Of a stretch of DNA of 64,000 nucleotides, positions 58,796-64,000 are shown in pieces. The DNA is from Candidatus Babelota bacterium (GTDB lineage: Bacteria > Babelota > Babeliae > Babelales > RVW-14): assembly GCA_013289515.1 (NCBI GenBank), contig JABCZU010000005.1:5424-69423 (forward strand). The letters are read 5' to 3'. Positions within the stretch are counted from its first letter, which is position 1. Each line of letters starts with the position of its first letter. The position numbers were made by a program, and so were the translations under genes. Below the pieces are notes generated by a model. That model was not told where the DNA came from and made no database searches. It worked only from the letters and a program-made list of their open reading frames with translations.

Positions 58796-61700
58796 TCAAA
58801 ACTGGCTCACAGAACCGTTAAGGTACTGTTGATTTATTAAGCCACCACTGGTAGAAAGATTCAGTATCCCGGGCGACAAATTCATTGGCTGTTCAAGTAA
58901 TAAGTCTGCACCCGGATTTATTGTTATATTTGAATATTGACTGCGAGCAAATAACGAGCTTGCATTAACATTTTGATAGATTAAATACCCTCTATCCATC
59001 TCTAACGTAGCACCGAAATTCAGCACAAGTATCTGATCATTACCTGCATTATTACCAAGAACAAAGCCGGCCGTCTGACTACTACCAACGTTCAACAATC
59101 CAGTTACAGCCTGAGCCCCTTCAACAAAAATTTGCGCTAATCCATCTACTAATAAGGTACCGTTAGTGAGCTGCATGCCATATTTTGTAGCATGGATCGT
59201 GGCGTTATTCATATATAACTGTGATGAATTATTTAAAAAGGTAAGCAGCTGTGGTCTATTACCTTGTGGGTCATAACTAAAGGTAAATGCCTGATCTAAA
59301 GAAAGTGTTGAGTTAGAATGAATCGTTGATGCAAGCGATGTATTAAAGGCAAAGGTATACGAACCTATCATATCAAAAGAATGAACTACGCCAAAAGACC
59401 CATTACTAAAGGTAAAATTAGCATCCTGAATCCACGCCGTTGTATCAAAAATTATGGATCCTGAATTATCTTGGCAACAAATATTGCTACCACCAACTTT
59501 ATTTAAAAATATATTTTTAAAGCGAAGTGTAGCGTTTTGTTTTACCGTGATGCTGCCAGCAGTTGCTAGCGATAACGTATTGCCTTGACCATCAATAATA
59601 CACGATCCTTCTACAAACAGTGGTGCCGCCAGATTCGTAGCATCATTTAATTTTATAAATGCTCCATTCCCATTAAACAACATCGTGCTTGTCCATGTAG
59701 TGGTACCTAGATTAAGATTAAGCGTGTGAGAGGCAAGTTGCAGAAACCCTCCCCCAGTAATAACTATGCCGTACCCAAGGGTTAAATCATTGCCCAGCGT
59801 TATGGTGCCGCCATTTAAACTAATGTTACTCAGGATACTGCCGCCTACGTCAAGGGTAGCTGCTGGTGACAGACCGCTAAAAATTATAGGACCAGAAATG
59901 TCGCCTATAGATGCTATCGTATTCCCCGTCCCTTCAATTAATGAGGCTAGCGGATAGGTACCAAAGGTAGCCTTCACGGTGCCACCGTTGAAAAGTAATA
60001 AGGTTTGAGCAGTAAAACGAGTAGCCGTTACCGTAAATTCTGCTGTCGGTAACGTAACATTAGCATTTGTATAATACATGGATGTCCCGGGTGCCAGGAT
60101 TGAGCCGCCACTACCCAGTTCTGAAACATTAATGTTGGAATAGTTCGTGCTGTGCTTATCGTAAATGACACTATTGCCACTTTGTACATAGTTGACAGGA
60201 ACATCATGAGAGGCAAAGGTGCTTGATCGCGTAACATTACTCACCAAATAACCGCTTGCTAAATTAATAGCTGCATCCGGATACAAATAGATGTAGGGAT
60301 CATTGGCACTATTGCCATTACCAACGAGAAGACCATTACTTGTGCTAGTAGAATTAATATCAATATACACTTCTCGATCAATAACAACCGCACCATTAAG
60401 AAGTGACATCCCGGATGAGGTAACGGTAAATGTACAATTCTCAAGTTTTAACTTGGCGGTCTGATCGGTAAAATAAAGCGGCTCGCGCGAGAAAATACCG
60501 CCAGTTCGCCCAATAGTTACGTTAATAACATCAGAAAGGTACCACATGGACTCAGTATCAATAGTACTGGTCAATGAAGATGCATAGACAAACGTATACG
60601 GACCAACAAAATGAACCTGGTTATCAAATTCTATAGAGCCCTGCGTAAACGTATAGTTTCCTGTCTGGGTCCATTGCATATTATCTAAAATGAGCTTGGC
60701 ACTATTATCAAGACACTGGATGCGGCCGCTCGTTACGCTATTGAGATCAACATTGCGTAAACGCAAGCTGGCATTATGCCCCACAACGATGCTAGCATTA
60801 CTGCCCAGTGATATGCTGCAACCACGCGCATCAAGCACGCAGTTGCCCGTAAATTTAGCAGTCCCAGACAAGGTGATATCGTTGTTAAGATAAATGTTTG
60901 CATTATTCAACACCATATTATTTGTCATGGTCATGCCGGTGATCGTTGAAGAGAAATCCACCGCATGGTTGTTGGCAATGATCGTCCCGCAAGTCCCCCA
61001 ATTGGTCACGTTCTGGAAAATAAGATCGGTACCTAAATACAGTTGTCCACCATGCAATGATACAAAGCCTGATACAGGAAAGACTGAGCCAAAGGTACAG
61101 GTGGTATTAGAATCCTGCAGAACAAAGCCTTTTTCGAAAAATTGGAACGGGAAAATAATGTTAGTTGATACCCCGGTCGGAAATATGGTAAATGGCTGCA
61201 CCGCAGGGGCTGTGACAATCGCATTACTATTTACACGGTTACCAAATAATAACGCATTACTTGTTGTTCTATTGTTGTACAAGATCGTATTGCTCAGTGT
61301 TCTATTCACATACAATGCATAACTACTACTCGTACGATTTGCCGATAGTATTGCGTTACTATTTATTCTGTAGTTATACAAGATTGTATTGCTGAGCGTT
61401 CTGTTAACATACAACTCATAGCTGCTTGTCGTACGCTTTAATGATAATAAGGCGTTACTAGCCGTTCTATTGTTATACAGGTCAGCATTGCTTAATGTTC
61501 TATTCACATACAATGCATAGCTGCTACTTGTCCTATTGGCCGATAGTATCGCGTTACTTGTTGTTCTAGCATTGTACAAAATTGTGTTACTATTTGTTCT
61601 ATTCACATACAAGGCATAGCTGCTACTCGTGCGATTTGCGGACAAGATCGCATTACTTGTTGTTCTGGCATTATATAAAATTGTATTGCTCAACGTCCTA

Positions 61701-62974
61701 TTCACATATAAGGCATAGCTACTATGTGTACGGTTGGCTGATAATAAAGCATTGCTCGTTATTCTAGCATTATACAAAATCGTATTACTATTGTTTTTAT
61801 TGAGATAGAGCAAGGTATTACTGTTGGCTGCAGCAAGCACCAGCGGAGTCATGCCCTGGACAGCGCCACCATTTGAATAGGTAACAAATTTATTATTAAC
61901 ATTACTTGCAGCATTTTGAAGCGGTTGAATTGCGTAATCTGTGACATATTGCGTGGTATCATACCATAGCGTAACCCCATCAACCGTCAGTGATGCATTG
62001 GTGCTCATCGTCAATACATGATTTTTTGTAACAATGGTTGACTCACCATTAACGACAATGCCGCCAGTCGTAACGGTATAGGAGTTAGCCATCTCAATTT
62101 CAACGCGACTGAGACGCAATTGCGATGTGTGATCTTCAAAGACAAAACCCCCTCGACCCAAGCCTTTTATTTTTACATCGACCAAGCGTAGCATTGTATT
62201 AGCTTTAATAAAAATTGAGCTGCCGCGTGATAAATCAAGTGTATGCCCATTGCCAGAAATGGTAGGATCACAATTTGCATTCGCTAGAGTGCCAAATCGC
62301 CACATGCCATACAAAACCACATTACCATTTAATTGTAATTGGCTAGCATCATTCCATAGCAGCGTATGCGTCAATAGTAATGCACCGCTTGAAAGTCCAG
62401 CACCAAAGATAAATCTTCTTCCTGCTGTATCTACCGTGCCTGATCCAGTCAGTGTAGCATCTGGCAATAAATCAAGATCATTATCAAGAATAATCGTTCC
62501 ACCATTCATGGCAATTGAGCCCATATTACCATTAATCGCCAGCGTAACGCTGCTTAAATTGTGGGCCAATGTTAGTGGTGTAGCCAAAGAAAAATCGGGA
62601 GTACCTTCTAGCCTATTGCCATTGCGAATGACAACAACAGCACTAGAAAATAGGCCATCTGACACGCGCAAGAGCTGATTAGTATTCAGAACAAATGGCG
62701 TTGCCGCATTACCAGCATACAGACAGTTTGCCCATGCAGGATTATTATTGATAGTGACGATGCCATTGGTAAAGGTAATCGGCTGGCCAACGACAGCCCC
62801 TGTTTGTGCAAGCGTTCCATTCCAACCGGTAATAGCAGTATTCAGAATTAACTTACCAGAGCCAACAGTAACCGTTGAACCCTGGTGCAAAAAATTTAAC
62901 CCGGCAACAGCACTACAGGATGCCTGATAACAGAGGAAGAAAGCCACATATACAAGGCTAGTACAATAACTCAT
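58796..62974 (-). CDS. Giant repeat protein 4 (1392 aa) with a short repeat array and two partner-like modules
   Basis: Conserved N-domain, about 19 repeat units, then two copies of the C..D..GC / C.DNS / NFTF / FSYDPQGNR module. Ends ..NGSVSQF. Confidence 0.85.
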   Translation of the reverse strand: MSYCTSLVYVAFFLCYQASCSAVAGLNFLHQGSTVTVGSGKLILNTAITGWNGTLAQTGAVVGQPITFTNGIVTINNNPAWANCLYAGNAATPFVLNTNQLLRVSDGLFSSAVVVIRNGNRLEGTPDFSLATPLTLAHNLSSVTLAINGNMGSIAMNGGTIILDNDLDLLPDATLTGSGTVDTAGRRFIFGAGLSSGALLLTHTLLWNDASQLQLNGNVVLYGMWRFGTLANANCDPTISGNGHTLDLSRGSSIFIKANTMLRLVDVKIKGLGRGGFVFEDHTSQLRLSRVEIEMANSYTVTTGGIVVNGESTIVTKNHVLTMSTNASLTVDGVTLWYDTTQYVTDYAIQPLQNAASNVNNKFVTYSNGGAVQGMTPLVLAAANSNTLLYLNKNNSNTILYNARITSNALLSANRTHSSYALYVNRTLSNTILYNARTTSNAILSANRTSSSYALYVNRTNSNTILYNARTTSNAILSANRTSSSYALYVNRTLSNADLYNNRTASNALLSLKRTTSSYELYVNRTLSNTILYNYRINSNAILSANRTSSSYALYVNRTLSNTILYNNRTTSNALLFGNRVNSNAIVTAPAVQPFTIFPTGVSTNIIFPFQFFEKGFVLQDSNTTCTFGSVFPVSGFVSLHGGQLYLGTDLIFQNVTNWGTCGTIIANNHAVDFSSTITGMTMTNNMVLNNANIYLNNDITLSGTAKFTGNCVLDARGCSISLGSNASIVVGHNASLRLRNVDLNSVTSGRIQCLDNSAKLILDNMQWTQTGNYTFTQGSIEFDNQVHFVGPYTFVYASSLTSTIDTESMWYLSDVINVTIGRTGGIFSREPLYFTDQTAKLKLENCTFTVTSSGMSLLNGAVVIDREVYIDINSTSTSNGLLVGNGNSANDPYIYLYPDAAINLASGYLVSNVTRSSTFASHDVPVNYVQSGNSVIYDKHSTNYSNINVSELGSGGSILAPGTSMYYTNANVTLPTAEFTVTATRFTAQTLLLFNGGTVKATFGTYPLASLIEGTGNTIASIGDISGPIIFSGLSPAATLDVGGSILSNISLNGGTITLGNDLTLGYGIVITGGGFLQLASHTLNLNLGTTTWTSTMLFNGNGAFIKLNDATNLAAPLFVEGSCIIDGQGNTLSLATAGSITVKQNATLRFKNIFLNKVGGSNICCQDNSGSIIFDTTAWIQDANFTFSNGSFGVVHSFDMIGSYTFAFNTSLASTIHSNSTLSLDQAFTFSYDPQGNRPQLLTFLNNSSQLYMNNATIHATKYGMQLTNGTLLVDGLAQIFVEGAQAVTGLLNVGSSQTAGFVLGNNAGNDQILVLNFGATLEMDRGYLIYQNVNASSLFARSQYSNITINPGADLLLEQPMNLSPGILNLSTSGGLINQQYLNGSVSQF
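61215..61828 (-). repeat. 33 nt coding repeat array in giant protein 4 (about 19 units)
   Basis: Same repeat family. Boundaries are approximate. Confidence 0.8.
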
Positions 62975-63104
62975 CCAACGTCCTTTTTCTCTTTTTTACT
63001 CCATGTCGAAGCGATGATAGCTCATTACTCTAAGCTAAGACAAATAAAAGAATTAATAATGAAAAAAGCGTATTACTGCTCGTATTATTTGGGCACCAAC
63101 ATCA

Positions 63105-64000
63105 TCATATCACCTTAACAAACCCGTTCACATTAACCGCGGCCGTTCCCTTTAATCGAATGTTAAGATTAGAATTTAAGGTAAGCGCCTCGCCACTATT
63201 TTTTGCCGAGCTACTCAACGTAATATTATCATCTAAAATAAGTGTACCACCGCTCAGCAATAATCCCGTTCTTGTTGAATAGAGCGTGCAGCCGTTCAGA
63301 TATAACGCTGATGTTGCGTCTGTCATGAATAATAAAGCATTCTTTGCATTGCGCGGCGCATAGCTAAAGGTAACACCACTATCAACAAATAAGGTGGACA
63401 ATGATCCAATCGTGCTGGTCAGGCCACTGGCGTAAATAAAGGTGCCGGTGCCGGTCAGTACCACCGTCCCATCGAATAACAGTGATCCACTGGTGAGTGT
63501 AAAATTATTAGACAAAAAGAGATTAGAATTTCTTAAGACCACAGAGCCATTATCACTCATACAGCGCAGATTATTGTTATTAAGCCCAACAATATTAGTG
63601 TCCTCAAACACCAATTGGCCACCAGGACGTATAATGATTGGGCTATTGCTATTAAGCGTAATTTTATTGCCTTTCCCCATTATTTTACAGTGACCACCAA
63701 ACTGAACATCGCGCGTAATAATAAGATTGGTATTTAAAAGAAGATTGGTATTGTTAAATAGAAGTGGATAGTCATAATCAACGGAATATACCAGAGCCTG
63801 CGGCACGGCATCTCCGAGCGCTAAGTGATTGCCATCATGCGAAAAACGCCCTGCGGTCACGTTGCCATTGCCATTATCAAGCAGGCCGCTGGCCTCAATG
63901 AGTTGATAATTAATCTGGTCAAAATAAAATATGACCACATCACTACCGCTTGCAGCATTACCAGAGTAAGCAACGGATAAATATTTGCCCGTAGTATTCC
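63105..64000 (-). CDS. Partner protein 4, 5'-partial, with a different N-terminal extension
   Basis: The C-terminal 200 aa are homologous to partners 1-3. The reading frame stays open upstream of the GTG at 63938 through to the window edge. Confidence 0.7.
   Translation of the reverse strand, partial: NTTGKYLSVAYSGNAASGSDVVIFYFDQINYQLIEASGLLDNGNGNVTAGRFSHDGNHLALGDAVPQALVYSVDYDYPLLFNNTNLLLNTNLIITRDVQFGGHCKIMGKGNKITLNSNSPIIIRPGGQLVFEDTNIVGLNNNNLRCMSDNGSVVLRNSNLFLSNNFTLTSGSLLFDGTVVLTGTGTFIYASGLTSTIGSLSTLFVDSGVTFSYAPRNAKNALLFMTDATSALYLNGCTLYSTRTGLLLSGGTLILDDNITLSSSAKNSGEALTLNSNLNIRLKGTAAVNVNGFVKVI

Noticed and set aside
40345-61828. Regular 33 nt periodic repeats that could be mistaken for CRISPR arrays or satellite DNA
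   Set aside because: They lie entirely inside long uninterrupted ORFs. They have no unique spacers between repeats, they are degenerate at the DNA level, and they translate into a consistent 11 aa protein repeat.
37742-62974. Classifying the giant proteins as autotransporters, two-partner-secretion exoproteins or RTX adhesins
   Set aside because: I could not see a C-terminal autotransporter barrel, an N-terminal TPS (NPNL/NPNGI) motif, GGxGxD nonapeptides or an adjacent ABC/MFP/TpsB gene. The call stays open rather than being forced into a family.

Overview
64 kb of bacterial chromosome. By content it looks like a host-associated or intracellular organism, for example an amoeba or protist symbiont. 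The grounds are several signal-peptide ankyrin-repeat proteins, a eukaryote-like PPP phosphatase and many small palindromic repeat elements. I cannot assign a taxon from sequence alone. No rRNA, tRNA or CRISPR array was seen.

Left part, 1-27.3 kb: housekeeping genes mixed with accessory genes. Housekeeping genes are nth, a Xer-type recombinase, trpS, maf, dprA, gyrA and a three-domain acyl-activating/carrier/acyltransferase lipid gene. Accessory genes are an AlbA_2/HATPase_c_4 protein, a DUF1016 PDDEXK nuclease, a DUF4143 AAA ATPase, a truncated Toprim primase-like gene, an ankyrin protein and a secreted PPP phosphatase. MITE-like palindromic repeats are scattered through this part, and several sit in frame inside coding genes.

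Middle, 27.5-33.5 kb: a triplicated ankyrin-gene module. A conserved inter-gene slot holds either an MNT-HEPN toxin-antitoxin pair or a DUF1016 nuclease. The modules are punctuated by a 22 bp perfect palindrome present four times.

Right part, 33.5-64 kb, all on the minus strand: pgpA, pgsA, a putative outer-membrane protein and a coiled-coil membrane protein. Upstream of these lies a roughly 26 kb tightly packed array of four consecutive gene pairs. Each pair is a ~350 aa signal-peptide partner protein followed by a giant protein of 1353-2541 aa. The giant proteins carry long arrays of an 11-residue (33 nt) repeat that I do not recognise as any known family. I consider this array the most likely undescribed system in the window.
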